This document shows positions 50,559 through 63,226 of a DNA stretch of 64,000 nt, one piece after another. Position numbers and translations under genes: made by a program. Each line of letters opens with the position of its first letter. Position 1 is the stretch's first letter. The notes below the pieces were generated by a model. It made no database searches. It was not told where the DNA came from and was given only the letters and a program-made list of their open reading frames with translations. Source of the stretch: Escherichia coli (GTDB taxonomy: Bacteria; Pseudomonadota; Gammaproteobacteria; Enterobacterales; Enterobacteriaceae); NCBI RefSeq assembly GCF_024223415.1, contig NZ_CP100500.1; one strand, written 5' to 3'.

Positions 50559-50773
50559 CTACCTCAGTTTTGCAAGCACTGATTCTGGTTTTGGATTGTT
50601 GCTTACATCTATCCGGCATCAGGAAAACCTGTGCCCAAATAGGGAATCCACACACAATCGCCTCTACAACTGGACGACCTCTGAGGCCAGTACAAAAATC
50701 AGGTTCCGATTGTGCAGGTGCAACCCGTCACCATTTCTCAGTACGCTGCAACTTTTGCTGAAAGAGATTAACT

Positions 50774-51250
50774 TCACACTGCCTGATATTCTGTATCATT
50801 TATCAGCATCGACCAGATTATTCTCGCGTATTTGTTAGCAATCTCCACAGTAGTTTTATTAAATTCGCGACTCTCCTTTAACTGCTTAACCCACTGATTT
50901 AGGTATACATCATTATTATTCGTAGCAACTCTAACGACAGCACGGACGCCATGAATAAAAAGTGTTTGCAGATGCTTGTCGCCTTTTTTCGTTATATTCA
51001 TGAGAACTTACCTGCAGCAACTCTAGTGCAGGCATGGAAGCAGACCAAGCCATGCAGCACAGTGACGATCATTCTTAAATTCAGTGCCTTTGCCAATAAT
51101 AACAGCAACAACGCTCGTGACAATTTCAGGACCAATGCCTTTAGCTTTTGCAATACGCTGACAGCATTCAGATTACCTGGACAGGTCTCTATTTATTTAT
51201 CAAAAAAGTTTATACTACGACCGAGATCGTTAAAGAGATCATCTAAATAG
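50774..51250 (-). pseudogene. IS110-family transposase C-terminal fragment with internal stop
   Basis: ...AKAKGIGPEIVTSVVAVIIGKGTEFKNDRHCAAWLGLLP... then ...KKGDKHLQTLFIHGVRAVVRV...ANKYARIIWSMLIND. Confidence 0.55.
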
Positions 51251-52380
51251 CTGCGCCTAATACCACTACACTTTTGCCAGCCCATGTTTGCCTCCGGGGA
51301 ACGGGCTGATGGTTTCCATAAAATGGCGAATTTTTTTCAACAGTTGCCACATTGAGCGGCACTGATGATTACGCGTTATTGTGTCGTGAAGTGCCTGCCA
51401 TAGCCGTTCAACATGATTCACCCATGGCAAGTAAACCGGCTGATAAATGACCCTGAACTTCGGGTTCTCCTTCAACCAGCGCTGTGTTTCCCGGCTTTTG
51501 TGGATAATGTAGTTGTCCACGATCAGTGTGATGGTTTTCACCCGAAGGTATGTCGCTTTAAGCCGCTTCAGCAGGCTGATGAACAGCGCCGAACTTTTGC
51601 TGTTGCCGCCCACATAGCTGACTTTACCTGTCCCGCTGTGCAGCGCTCCGGCCAGATCATATTTTTCATTCTGTCCCGGCGTGACCACCCGTTTTTGCTG
51701 TCCGCGCAGTTGCCAGTCCGCACCGATTTTGGGATTAAGATGGATATCCACTTCATCTTCATAAAAGACCGGATGCTCTGTGCTGCATTCGTCCAGTGCT
51801 TTATGGATTGCTGCCATCTTTTCATCTTTATGCGGGTCACGGATACGCAGAGTTGGCGCAGCCCTTCGCCACACAATCCCCGCAGACGGCAACCAGCGGC
51901 GAACGGTTCCGGCATTTAACTGGCAATCGGTTATCTCATTGATTTTTATTGCCAGCAGTTCTGTACTCCAGCGTGAACGCTGGTAGCCAAAGTCGCCGGG
52001 AGAATGTTTTACCAGCTCACGTAACAGTGTGCAGATATGCTCAAACGACCAGAGACGGGCTCGCCCGGCAGGTAATGATTTCAGTCCCTCAACACCCGAC
52101 TGCGTGAACCAGTTAATCCAACATCCAACAGAGGAACGGGCGCAGCAGAGCGTTCTGGCAACGTCGCTGACACGGTCGCCCCGGTGCAGCATCAGCATGG
52201 CAGTCAGTCTGCGGGCATAATTTTTATCGTGTGTTTTATGGATGGCTTTCTGCATCAGGCGTCGTTCGTCACGGGAAATTGGTGCTATGATCGGCATTGC
52301 TCAGTCCGGTTGGTGATTTGTTTTGATTTGGCGATTGATCAGATCGCACAATCCAGGCTGAGCTCCCTCAAAGTGATCTA
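51230..52380 (-). mobile_element. IS630 copy (boundaries approximate)
   Basis: Contains intact 343-aa transposase matching recalled IS630; element is about 1.15 kb; exact ends and TA duplication not resolved. Confidence 0.7.
51266..52297 (-). CDS. IS630 transposase
   Basis: 343 aa MPIIAPISRDERRLMQKAIHKTHDKNYARRL...HGLAKV. Confidence 0.9.
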   Translation of the reverse strand: MPIIAPISRDERRLMQKAIHKTHDKNYARRLTAMLMLHRGDRVSDVARTLCCARSSVGCWINWFTQSGVEGLKSLPAGRARLWSFEHICTLLRELVKHSPGDFGYQRSRWSTELLAIKINEITDCQLNAGTVRRWLPSAGIVWRRAAPTLRIRDPHKDEKMAAIHKALDECSTEHPVFYEDEVDIHLNPKIGADWQLRGQQKRVVTPGQNEKYDLAGALHSGTGKVSYVGGNSKSSALFISLLKRLKATYLRVKTITLIVDNYIIHKSRETQRWLKENPKFRVIYQPVYLPWVNHVERLWQALHDTITRNHQCRSMWQLLKKIRHFMETISPFPGGKHGLAKV

Positions 52381-52639
52381 CTATTCCGCGCAGCTATTTA
52401 GTTCCGCTATCGTTCTGCACATACAAGCTCTTAACTCGTTTATGCATCCTCAAGGCTCAGCAGAATAGCTGTCAGCGCCAATGATATAAGACAGTAATGG
52501 GGATGCGGACGATTTCCTGGACTCTCAGGAGATGAAACATGTTTACTGAAGAAGAAAAAATCCGCGCCATTGAGCTTTATTTCAAATATGTGACCCGTCC
52601 TGAATAGCGTTGACACGTTCCTACTTAAATCCGGAGAAC

Positions 52640-53870
52640 GTAATGATGACTTAGCTCAAACGCACCCAACGTGATTATCCTCTATCCTTTAAAATAGCTG
52701 TTGTTGAGCAGGTTGAAAAAGGCGAGATGACTTATAAACAGGCCCAGCAGCGGTATGGCATTCAGGGGCGCTCCACCGTTCTTGTCTGGTTACGTAAATA
52801 TCCTGGACTTCCTGAGCTGGTGAAGAGGAAACTGCCTGTGACTCAGACAACTATCCCGCTCACACCCGAGCAAAGAATCAGGGAACTTGAAACGTAGCTT
52901 GAGCTGGCGAACCAGAAAGCTACGTTTTTTGAGTCAGTTATCAATGTCCTGAAAAATGATTACGGGGTGAGTATCGTAAAAAGCGGCCCGGCAAGTCCTC
53001 GCGCAAAGTCCGGTCCCCAAAATAACTGTGACGCGTGCAGTCTGTTCCTGGGACACAGCAGACAGGCATGGTATCAGGACAATGCAAGGCGCAGAAAACG
53101 GCAGGAACATCATGCTCAGGTTCTTGATTTTGTTGCCCGTGTCAGATGTCGTCAGCCCCGAATCGGTGCGCGTAAGCTGCACTATCTGCTGAACACTCAG
53201 GCCGATAAAAGGCTGAATATCGGGCGAGACCGCCTGTTTAACCTGCCCGATGAATACCGACTCCTGGTGCCAGTAAAACGGTCATATCACAAAACTACCA
53301 ACAGCCATCATCGCTTCTACCGACATCCAAACCTGCTTAAACCAGGCCCTGAACAGGTTACTGCTCTTGAACCAGAACAGGTCCGGGTCGCCGATATTAC
53401 TTACCTTCCACTGCGCAATAGTTCGGCCTATCTGAGTCTGGTCACCGATGCCTGCTCCAGAAAAATTATGGGCTACCATGTTGGGGAAAACCTGCAGACA
53501 GAAAATGTGGTAAAAGCGTTCAGACAGGTGCTGAAGCTGAGAAAAACGACGAGTCCCCTGGTGCATCATTCTGGCAGGGGCTGCAATACTGTTCAGCGCT
53601 CTATCAGTCAGTTCATGAAAGAAATGAAATAACCTGTTCAATGACTGATGGTTATGACTGCTACCAGCATTGGCTGAGTGAATAAATGGTACCCTGAAAA
53701 ATGAGTTTTTACTCTCGCGTCCTGCAGACCTGGCTCAGGCCCGGGAAATGGTCCAAGAGTCCGTGGCAATTTATAACCATGAGCGGCCACACCTGGCTCT
53801 GAAATACAAAACGCCCTATGACGTTCATCAGGCGTTTTACAGACAGAAAAGTGTCAACTTATACCAAGAC
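52640..53870 (+). pseudogene. IS3-family element, orfA/orfB broken by stops and frameshifts
   Basis: Segments ...RDYPLSFKIAVVEQVEKGEMTYKQAQQRYGIQGRSTVLVWLRKY..., ...RIGARKLHYLL..., ...VAIYNHERPHLALKYKTPYDVHQAF... Confidence 0.6.
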
Positions 53871-53876
53871 TAGTCA

Positions 53877-54493
53877 ATGGTAAGAAGCTGGCTCCCGTCG
53901 TACGCGAACTGGGCTACCCTTCGAAAAGAAATCTGCGGCGTTGGATCCGTTCATAGGAATCAGGTGGCGGAGCAAAAGAATCCATTCGCCATAAGCCCCG
54001 TTACACAGATGAGCAAAAACAAGTTGCCGTTGAACATTATCTTAACCACGGCTGCTGCCTAGCGTTTACCAGTAGAACTCTGGGTTATCCCTGTACCGAT
54101 GTGCTCGCTCGCTGGGTTAATGAACGTTACCCCGGCAGACGACGTATATTTACCAGTAAGACCAGTCCGGTTGCGCCCTTTGAACCAGAAGTCAAACGTC
54201 AGGCTGTCATGGCATTCTGTACACGACAAATATCAGCCAGTGAAATCTCTAGGCGTATTGGTGTCAGTCGTGCGGTATTGTATAAATGGAAAGATGAAAT
54301 TATCGGCAACAGTGCTTACCAGACTATGCGTAAACATAACGAACCTTCCCTGGAGGCAGAACGCGATGCGTTGCGGGAGGAAGTCGCCCGACTGAATCAG
54401 GAAATACGCCGCCGGCAGATGGAACTGGATATTCTGAAAAAAGCGGAGGAAATCATAAAAAATCTATGGTCACCCCCGTTTTTGCTACACTGA
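53877..54493 (+). pseudogene. IS3-family orfA (HTH + leucine-zipper), one internal stop, truncated at slippery site
   Basis: ...VAPFEPEVKRQAVMAFCTRQISASEISRRIGVSRAVLYKWKDEI...EVARLNQEIRRRQMELDILKKAEEII then non-IS sequence. Confidence 0.6.
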
Positions 54494-54895
54494 TTTTTGA
54501 TTAATGGTGGGCTTGCTTAAATCTATCCGGCGTCTCTGTGGACAAGGAGACCCGCGCCTCGATGAGTTCCGCACCTGATAATCCTAAAAAGACCCTCGGC
54601 TTCAGTGAGCCATTTTTTCTGTCAGGTTTTTAATCAGGTCTATTTGCCGTTCATGTCATCAATAATCAGTCTTCGCAAAACCAGACAGGTAACTTGTATC
54701 TTATTTTTTAAAATAAGCTAATTGAGTTTTGTCAGTATCTATATCAGGCCTGATATTCTTTGTGCAGAGCAGTGATTGCCCAGGCTATTCGGGCCAGTTT
54801 ATTTGCCAGAGCGCAGGCGACAATATTTGAATGCTTATTGTCGAGTTGCTTTTGAACCCATTCAGCAACTCTGCCCTATTGATGCTCCAGCCGCA

Positions 54896-55740
54896 TCATG
54901 AACGAGCGGGCGTACAGAACAAGTAACCGACTCGTTTGCTGATCCCCAGCAGCATTGATTTACCACCGGTACTGTATTGTCGGGGAACAAGTCCTGTGGA
55001 TGCTGCAAAATCCCTACTGCACGAAAATTGTTTACCATCACCAAGCTGGGATGATAGCAGGCTGGCCGTCATCGGCCCAACACCGGGGATTGTCATGATT
55101 CGTTGCACAGTAGCGTCAGCTTTGATTGACTGGTTTAACTCTGATTCCAGTTCTGTTATTTGCTCAATACGATAAAGATAGTGAGCATGTAATTTCATCA
55201 GCAAGCGACTCAGATATTCAGGTATTTCGTGTTCAGCTAACGCCAGAGACAACCATTTTATTGCGGCATCCCCTGTCGGCAGTCTGATTCCAAATTCCAG
55301 CAAGAAACCGTGGATCTGGTTGGTTTTTTTCACCTTATCTCTGATGAGCGATTCTCTGACCCGGTGTAATGCCCTCATTGCCTGCTGGGTTTCTGTTCTG
55401 GGCTGGACAAAACGCATTGATGGTCGTGAAGCCGCTTTGCATATGGCTTCTGCATCAATAAAATCATTCTTATTACCTTTGACAAACGGACGCACGAATT
55501 ACGGAGAGATAAGTTTTTCTTCATGACCGATGTCGCTGATACGCCGGGCCATAAAATGCGTACCAGCGCAGGCTTCCATAACAACTACTGAGGATGGACA
55601 TGTTGCCAGAAACTGCATCAGCTTCGTACGCGTAAACTTTTTACGCAAAAGCGCATTGCCAGATTTATCTTGACAATGAATATGGAAAGAATGTTTACCG
55701 AGATCGATACCAATAAGCGCAACGTTTTACATGATGGTGC
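54896..55740 (-). pseudogene. IS110-family transposase (N-terminal and central parts), frameshifted and 3'-truncated; inserted between orfA and orfB of an IS3-family element
   Basis: 199-aa ORF with ...MTIPGVGPMTASLLSSQLGDGKQFSCSRDFAASTGLVPRQYSTGGKSMLLGISKR... plus upstream N-terminal piece in another frame. Confidence 0.6.
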
Positions 55741-55780
55741 CCTCTAAAATAACCCACCCTGTCAGCGTACCGCTCACAGG

Positions 55781-56689
55781 GTGGGGGTGACCATCTCATT
55801 AGACCCGGGCATCAGTATCAGTCACCTAAACAACAGAGAAAAAACAAATATCGCTGATGCCCTGAGACAAACATATCCCCTGACAGAATTACTGCATGTT
55901 CTGGGCCTTGCCCGTAGCAGTTATTTTTATCACCGGGCTGCACTGAAAGCCGGTGATAAATACGCCACGATACGTACGATGCTGACAGATATAGTTAACA
56001 GTAATTACCAGTGTTATGGCTATCGTCGCCTGCATGCGATGCTCAGGCATGAGGGGGTCAGCTATCAGAAAAGGTTGTAAGCAGACTTATGGTGAAGGAA
56101 CAGCTTGTCGTCAGCCGTAACCGTCGTCGCCGCTACAGCTCATATTGCGGAGAAATCGGACCGGATCCGGATAACCTTATCGCCAGAGATTTTAAGGAGG
56201 ACCAACCTAATCAGAAATGGCTGACAGATATAACGGAGTTCCAGCTTCCTGCAGGAAAAGTCTGGCTGTCACAGGTGGTGGACTGCTTCGATGGAAAAGT
56301 TGTGAGCTGGTCTCTCAGTACACGCCCCGACGCAGAACTGGTTAACGCTATGCTGGATAACGCTGTCAAAACGTTAAATGCTGGCGAACGACCGATGATA
56401 CACAGTGGCAGAGGTGGGCATTATCGCTGGCCAGGCTGGCTGGCTGGAAAGAGTTAATGCCGCAGGTCTTATTCACTCAATGTCCCGTAAGGATGATGCC
56501 GCATGCGAAGGCTTTTTCGGCAGACTGAAAACGGAAATGTATTATGGGCGTAAATGGTCGGGCATCATGCCGGAAAAGTTCATGCAGCATGTGGATGCTT
56601 ACATCAGAGGGTATAACGAGCGGCGTATAAAATTATCGCTGGGTGAAGACAGCCCTGAAATGTACCGCCAACAATGTAGGCTGGCATAA
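55781..56689 (+). pseudogene. IS3-family orfB split into three frames
   Basis: ORFs 55781-56080, 56089-56457, 56405-56689 together give a DDE transposase (...WLTDITEF..., ...SMSRKDDAACEGFFGRLKTEMYYGRKW..., ...YIRGYNERRIKLSLGEDSPEMYRQQ). Confidence 0.65.
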
Positions 56690-57279
56690 TAAAGAAGTCC
56701 AGGAAATCGTCCGCATCCCCAAAACGGCCAATAATCTTGGCGTTGACATAGCACGACGATCTCTTGAAACTACCGCGCCGATAGTTATTCCCCAATCAAG
56801 CAACAGTCCCCTGATTTGACAAACGGTCACATTAACAATATGCTGCCTTGCCCGGTGCAAAGCGTAGATATCCTGTTGTTCCGAGCTTTTTGGAGGCATG
56901 AACAGCATTGTCGGTTACATCAGAAGCACTGCGATGGCCTGTGCATCATTACCGTCATTTTTTGCCCACAGACAAAGGGAGTTACATACTGTGGGTTGAG
57001 GACCTTTACGTTATGCCCCAGTTTTTTAAATTCACTCTGCCAGTAAAATTCCCATGTGGATGCCCTACATCAATTAGGAAGGCCGGAATATTCGCCACTA
57101 TTTGGAGTAATTCTTTTCGGCCAATACGTTTTGAATAAACCGGATTACCGACCTAATTTAACCCGCAGAGCTGAAAGATATTTTTATCCAGATCAACACC
57201 CAGGAATACGATATTCATTGTGATTCCCCTGCTGAGTGAGTGCATTTCGTACAGTTAACCGCAGAAGGAGGGGGTACTC

Positions 57280-57980
57280 CATTCCATGAACTGGAAGCCC
57301 AGATACGATGCATAGAGTCACCTGATATTAAAAAGAACGAGGATCTTGAGGACGAGAACCGACGTCCAAAACAGATGCTTGCCGACCTTAGCCTAGAGAA
57401 CCGGCATTGAAAGACATTATCGAAAAAAGCTTTAAAACCAGCCTGTAAGCGTGAGCTTGTTACTCATCAGATAACGACATTTGGACTCAGTGTCCATCAG
57501 GCCTGCCGGAGTCTGAACCAGAGCAGAACGGTTTCCCATTACCGTCCGGATACCACGTGGTACGACCCCGTTATTGTGGTGGTGCAGGCAGTGGACGAGC
57601 GATATCCTCGATACGGTTTTTCAAAACTTTTTCAGGTTCTGAGGCAGCAGGTTCGCGGCAAATCGCAGTTATCCGGTCATGCTGCGCATAGATAATGGTT
57701 CGGAATTTATCTCTCTAACGCTGGCTGAATGGGCTGATATACACGCAGTAAAACGGGAGTTTATCCAGCCGGGTAAGCTGACGTAGAACGCTTTTATTGG
57801 GCGTTTTAACAGGACACACCGTACAGAAATACTCGATTTTTATCTGTTCAGAACGCTGAATGAAGTTCTAGAAATTACGGAGAAATGGTTATCAGAATAT
57901 AGCTATGAACGCACACATGAATCACTGAACAATAAGACGCTGGAAGAATATCGACGACACCATTATTTGACCAAGATATA
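57280..57980 (+). pseudogene. IS3-family transposase remnants (heavily degraded)
   Basis: Fragments ...LTLAEWADIHAVKREFIQPGKLT.NAFIGRFNRTHRTEILDFYLFRTLNEVLEITEKWLSEYSYERTHESLNNKTLEEY... across several frames. Confidence 0.5.
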
Positions 57981-58140
57981 AAAATGCATGGAATTAAAAC
58001 GGGGCATATTTATATATGAATAACACAACTATATCGCTAAGGTAAAGGTGTATCCAAACGGAAAATACAGCACTAACAGCATATATTCATCCAAATTAAT
58101 AAAATATGACCGAGAACATAGAATATTAAACATTTTTAAA

Positions 58141-59400
58141 TTATGCTTTTCTCGCTAACGCTTCTATATCCGAAAAATACTCTTTAATTCCCTCTAGGAT
58201 AGATTCTGCCACTTGTTGTTGGAATCTTGCCGTTTTCAGTTTGCGCTCTTCCTCAACGTTACTGATAAACGCCGTTTCGACCAGAATGGAGGGAATATCA
58301 GGTGCTTTCAGCACGGCAAACCCGGCCTGTTCAACCTGATTTTTATGCAGCTTGTTGATTTTACCGAGCTTATTCAGCACCGCTTTACCCAACTTCAGGC
58401 TGTCGGCAATGGTCAGAGACTGCACCATATCGAACATGGTGTGGTCGACATAGCGGTCACCGCTTTTGCTCACGCCGCCAATCAAGTCCGAGGCGTTCTG
58501 GGTTTGTGCCAGATATTTTGCCGCAGTACTTGTCGCGCCTTTGGTCGAAAGCGCAAACACGGAAGAACCGCTCGGCTGGCGACTGGTAAAGGCATCAGCA
58601 TGGATAGAAACAAAAAGGTCAGCACGTTGTTTCTGTGCTTTTGCTACACGCACTTGCAACGGAATGAAGATGTCTTCATTGCGCGTCATGTACACCTTCA
58701 TATTACCCTCTTTTTCGATCAGAGAGCGCAGACGGCGAGCTATTTGCAATACCACGTCTTTTTCGCGTGTTTTGTATTTCCCCACCGCACCGGGGTCTTC
58801 GCCACCGTGGCCGGGGTCAAGCATAATGACAATCGGACGATCACGCCCTGCTTTACCCGGTTGTGGACCACTTTGTGCTGGCGGCACCTGCTTTTCGAGG
58901 TCGCCTTTGTTGTAATCCTCCAGCAGCGCCAGCAGCGGGTCCTGCATATCCTGTGCATTGGCCGGATAGAGGTCCATCACCAGACGCTCTTTAAACCCGG
59001 CGACCGGCGCAAGGGCAAACAGCTGCGGTTTTACGTTTTGCTTTAATTCAAAAACCATGCGTACGGTTTGCGGGTCAAATTGCCCGACGCGCGCCGACTT
59101 GATGAACGGGTCGTCTGCACGAATTTGTGCCGCCATCCCCTTGAGTACCGAGTTCAGGTTTACATCTTCGATATCCACCACCACACGTTCAGGGTTACTT
59201 AACGCGAACTGCTTATATTGCAGCTGACGATTTGATTCTACCGTCACGCGGGTGTAGCTGGACGCAGGCCAGACGCGTACCGCCACGACCTGGCTGACCG
59301 CAGCCAGGCTGACCTGACTTACGCTCAATAGCCACATGGCGCCCGCACCTTGCAGTAAACGACGACGGCTGATTACATAATTATAGTTAGATACCAGCAT
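58141..59400 (-). CDS. amiC: AmiC-family N-acetylmuramoyl-L-alanine amidase (Tat signal, AMIN domain, Amidase_3 domain)
   Basis: 419 aa; twin-arginine motif [24 protein letters not shown]; catalytic-domain segments [18 protein letters not shown] and SIHADAF; close to recalled AmiC but N-terminal residues differ; ATG at 59398-59400. Confidence 0.75.
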   Translation of the reverse strand: MLVSNYNYVISRRRLLQGAGAMWLLSVSQVSLAAVSQVVAVRVWPASSYTRVTVESNRQLQYKQFALSNPERVVVDIEDVNLNSVLKGMAAQIRADDPFIKSARVGQFDPQTVRMVFELKQNVKPQLFALAPVAGFKERLVMDLYPANAQDMQDPLLALLEDYNKGDLEKQVPPAQSGPQPGKAGRDRPIVIMLDPGHGGEDPGAVGKYKTREKDVVLQIARRLRSLIEKEGNMKVYMTRNEDIFIPLQVRVAKAQKQRADLFVSIHADAFTSRQPSGSSVFALSTKGATSTAAKYLAQTQNASDLIGGVSKSGDRYVDHTMFDMVQSLTIADSLKLGKAVLNKLGKINKLHKNQVEQAGFAVLKAPDIPSILVETAFISNVEEERKLKTARFQQQVAESILEGIKEYFSDIEALARKA

Positions 59401-60054
59401 ACCTTACCTAAGCAATACAATGTTCAATAATATAACTATGCTCTAATAAATTTTTACAGGTGTTTAAAGAAATAATCACACGTATTCTTATCTTTGCAAT
59501 CTAATCTAATTTTAAATAAAGGTCAATATCTTATTTTTTTGATATAAGTTTTCTTAAATACCACGATATAAAAACATTTTATTTAAGTGATTTCTTTTAG
59601 TTTGCTTTTCAAATAAAAGGGATGTACTCATGACATTTTAAATATGTACATCATGCACAGCAATATTATAGTTTTTTATCTGATTACTGAGAAGTATCTA
59701 TCAATAGAACAATGTTTTTTAGTTTGTATAGGGAAGAGTTGGGTTGAATTGAGAATAAAAACTAGAGATTACTGGGGAAGGAACTTTTCAAATCCGAAAT
59801 CATGGTCTACAATGAAAAAATGATGTTCTAAGTATTCCTATCATGAATAAGAATGCACCATATTTTGAATAGTATAATTTTATATTTATATATCCTTTAC
59901 TGTACGATGATGATATTTTATACCTGAATGACAAGGGTGTTATTTTATACCACATATAAATTTGCAGAAAATATAAAATGAGAAGCACTGAATAATCGCG
60001 GCTTCTGGCTATGATTTAAATGCTTTTACATTTTTTCAAAGTAAATTCAGTTCA

Positions 60055-60265
<211 letters not shown>

Positions 60266-61342
60266 TCAAGCAGTTATCGGGGTGCTGTTGATCTGCCTGT
60301 TTTGATTACGCAGTAATGTATAAACTTCGTGTGAGATATAGCGCTTCAGGCTGCGTATTGTTTCCATTTTTGTATGCCCTTCCGCTACTCGTCTGGCGAC
60401 ATATTCCTTCGTTTTATCGTCAGTTCGCAAACGTCCGATGGAAATGATGTGAAGTGCACTATTTGCAGCACGATCTCCACCCCGGTTAAGTCGATAACGA
60501 TTCGTTTTTCCTGAAGATACGGGAACAGGGCTGACACCACACAGTGCCGCAAAACCTGATTCTGATCTTAATCGTTGGGGATTGTCTCCGGCAGTGATCA
60601 GCAACTGTGAAGCGCTTTCGTATCCAATAGCATTACGTTTAATCAGTGCAGGTGCCAGCTCATCCACAATTGCCGCAATCATAACATCCAAATCAGCGAT
60701 TTCGTCATGTAACTCGAGATAGCGTCGGGCAAGGGACTTTAATGAAATACGATAAACGTTGGTAACATTGAGCTATTCACTGGCATCAGGCCGCCAGGAT
60801 CTCAGAGTCCTGATGAGCTGCATGCGCGTCATATTTCTGAGCTGTTCACGTAATTCATCCGGGGCAGAGATAATATTGGAATGGTTAATCTGGAGAGCGA
60901 CTCAGCGGGCTGATATTGCTGTTTTTCGGCAAGTTTTTAATACCCGCAGAGACTCAATCATACCATTGCGCGTTTTGGGTGTGACAGTTCTTATTCCGGA
61001 GCATGCGGCGTGAGCGGCACATTCAGCATCAATCGTGTCACTTTTACCCCGTTTGCGTCGCTCCATCCGATCTGGCACAGCCACCTCAAGAACTTCTAAC
61101 CCGGCATTCTGTAAATAGCGAAGCAGACCTGATCCATAGGTGCCTGTACACTCAACACCAATTCGCTTTAATGCCCCAAACGAAGCCATCCATGCCAGCA
61201 TCTGCCGGTAACCTTGCCGTGTTGTGGAGAAAAACGGGGTCCCCAGAACTTTATTGTTCTGATCTACGACAGCGGCAACGTGCAGATCTTTATGTATATC
61301 CACGCCACCCACAACAGCGGTTTCCGTAACTTTACCTGCCAT
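60266..61342 (-). pseudogene. IS110-family transposase in two pieces (frameshift in 60692-60901)
   Basis: N-terminal ORF 60902-61342 (MAGKVTETAVVGGVDIHKDLHVAAVV...) and C-terminal ORF 60266-60691 (...LCGVSPVPVSSGKTNRYRLNRGGDRAANSALH...). Confidence 0.6.
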
Positions 61343-62010
61343 AACAGAGCTCCTGTGAGGAAACAGAGTTGAATCTCCAGACAGATAACCCGGACAGGAC
61401 AGTAACGAGACAAGCCGTCAGGCCCTTCTTGAGTCACGCGCATCGGTGAGGAGACGCCTCGCATGAAGGCGTTTCCGACATCCTCTCTGTTCATCGGCAG
61501 ATAGCCTATTTCATCCAGGATCAACACCCGGGCATAACTCAGTTGCTGTAGCTGACGCTCCAGCCGGTTTTCCTGTTTCGCTTTCATCAGTGTCGCGATC
61601 AGTCTGTCCAGTGGCATAAACAGTACCCGATGTCCCGCATCCACCGCTTTCACGCCAAGAGCTATGGCCAGATGAGTTTTTCCGACACCAGGAGGTCCCA
61701 GCAGGATCACGTTTTCGCTGCGCTCCACGAACGCCAGACCAGCCAGTTCCCGGACAACCTTACGGTAGATGCCCGGCTGGAAGGTAAAGTCGAACTGCTC
61801 CAGCGTTTTGACCCACGGCAGACGAGCCTGCTTCAGCCTGGACTCCATACCGCGCTGATGCCTGCCGTTCCATTCCTGCTGTAGCGCCATGCACAGGAAC
61901 TCCCGGTAGTTCAGCTCTTTTTTAGCTGCCTGTTCCAGCAGGCTTTCAACGTGATAACTCAGATGCTCCATTTTCAGGCGACTCAGCAGGACTTCCAGCT
62001 CATGCATCAC
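61264..62010 (-). pseudogene. istB: IS100 (IS21 family) IstB ATP-binding helper, C-terminus replaced after DEIGYLPMNRE
   Basis: N-terminal 170 aa match recalled IS100 IstB incl. Walker A GPPGVGKTH; downstream sequence unrelated, coinciding with the adjacent IS110-family element. Confidence 0.7.
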
Positions 62011-63179
62011 AACAGCTCCTCATAGGCACTCAGTAGTCGATGTTCCACCTGACTGACCTGCTGCCAGAGCGGGGTGTGATGCTCCGGCACTGTCTGCCAG
62101 CCAGACGATGCCGAACAGAGGCGATGTGAGGCCACCAGTTTCTCATTACTGTAGATCCGCAACTCGTCATCCAGCGATATTCGTATCGATACCGGCTGAC
62201 CACACAGCGCTTCGGGAACGCTGTAACGATTACCACCAACCTCGATATAGCTGTCCCAGGACACATGGCGGATGTCAAAGTAACTGGTATCGAAGTCCGT
62301 ATCCGGTAACGGCTGCAGATATTCCTGCTCCAGCGCGAAGCGCTGTTCCGGCGTTTCTTTGAACTGACGAAGCTCCCGTTTGTCAGCCACATCGGCTATC
62401 CATTGCTCCAGTTGTTGATTGACATGAGTGAAGCTGTCGAACCTGCGGTACCGGACGAAGAAGTTCTCCTTGAGGTATTTCACCATCCGCTCAACCTTAC
62501 CTTTTGTTCTGGCCCTGCGTGGACGGCATGCCCGTGGCAGGAAGTTATAGTGGTCAGCCAGCAACAGAAATCCGGAGTTGAACACGACTTTCCCGTTGTT
62601 ATTCTTCAGCACCGCAGCCTTCTGGTTATCAACCAGCACCGTTTTCACACAACCACCGAAGTAGCGGAAGGCGCGAACCAGTGATTCGTAGGTATTCTCA
62701 GCATCCTGTTTTGGGGCAGCGAAGACATGAAAGCGGCGGGAGAACCCCAGCGCATTAACCGCAAAGTTAACTTTGCACGGTTGCCCGGCAACTTCCACCT
62801 CAACTTCGCCCCAGTCGTGCTGGAGCTGGTATCCAGGCTGAGTTTCGAAGCGAACTGTTCTTTTTGACGGACGCATTTTACGTTTGGGCTGGATGTAGTA
62901 ACGCAGCATGGAACGTCCGCCCGTATAGCCCATTGCCTTAATCTCCGCGAAGATAACCGCGCTATTCCAGACATTCTCTGCCAGGCGCATGTCGATGTAA
63001 TCCATAAACGGTTTCAGCTTAACCATTTTGTGGCGGGTCCTTCTGGCTGGCGGTTCAGGGTATTTGAGGTAGCGTCTGACCGTTCGTTCAGAGCAACCAA
63101 TCTGAGTCACAATATCGACAATGTACGCGCCCTGCTGGCGCATTTGCTTTATCATGTAAAAGTCCTCTCTGCTCAGCAT
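62007..63179 (-). CDS. istA: IS100 (IS21 family) transposase IstA
   Basis: 390 aa MLSREDFYMIKQMRQQGAYIVDI...; near-identical to recalled IS100 IstA. Confidence 0.9.
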   Translation of the reverse strand: MLSREDFYMIKQMRQQGAYIVDIVTQIGCSERTVRRYLKYPEPPARRTRHKMVKLKPFMDYIDMRLAENVWNSAVIFAEIKAMGYTGGRSMLRYYIQPKRKMRPSKRTVRFETQPGYQLQHDWGEVEVEVAGQPCKVNFAVNALGFSRRFHVFAAPKQDAENTYESLVRAFRYFGGCVKTVLVDNQKAAVLKNNNGKVVFNSGFLLLADHYNFLPRACRPRRARTKGKVERMVKYLKENFFVRYRRFDSFTHVNQQLEQWIADVADKRELRQFKETPEQRFALEQEYLQPLPDTDFDTSYFDIRHVSWDSYIEVGGNRYSVPEALCGQPVSIRISLDDELRIYSNEKLVASHRLCSASSGWQTVPEHHTPLWQQVSQVEHRLLSAYEELL

Positions 63180-63226
63180 GTTGATGTCCTTTCTGGTGTG
63201 AGAACCTTAAGGAAACAACATGTTGG

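Noticed and set aside
52540-52605. Short ORF MFTEEEKIRAIELYFKY... as independent gene
   Set aside because: Only 22 codons before a stop and embedded in IS3-family debris; most likely a fragment.
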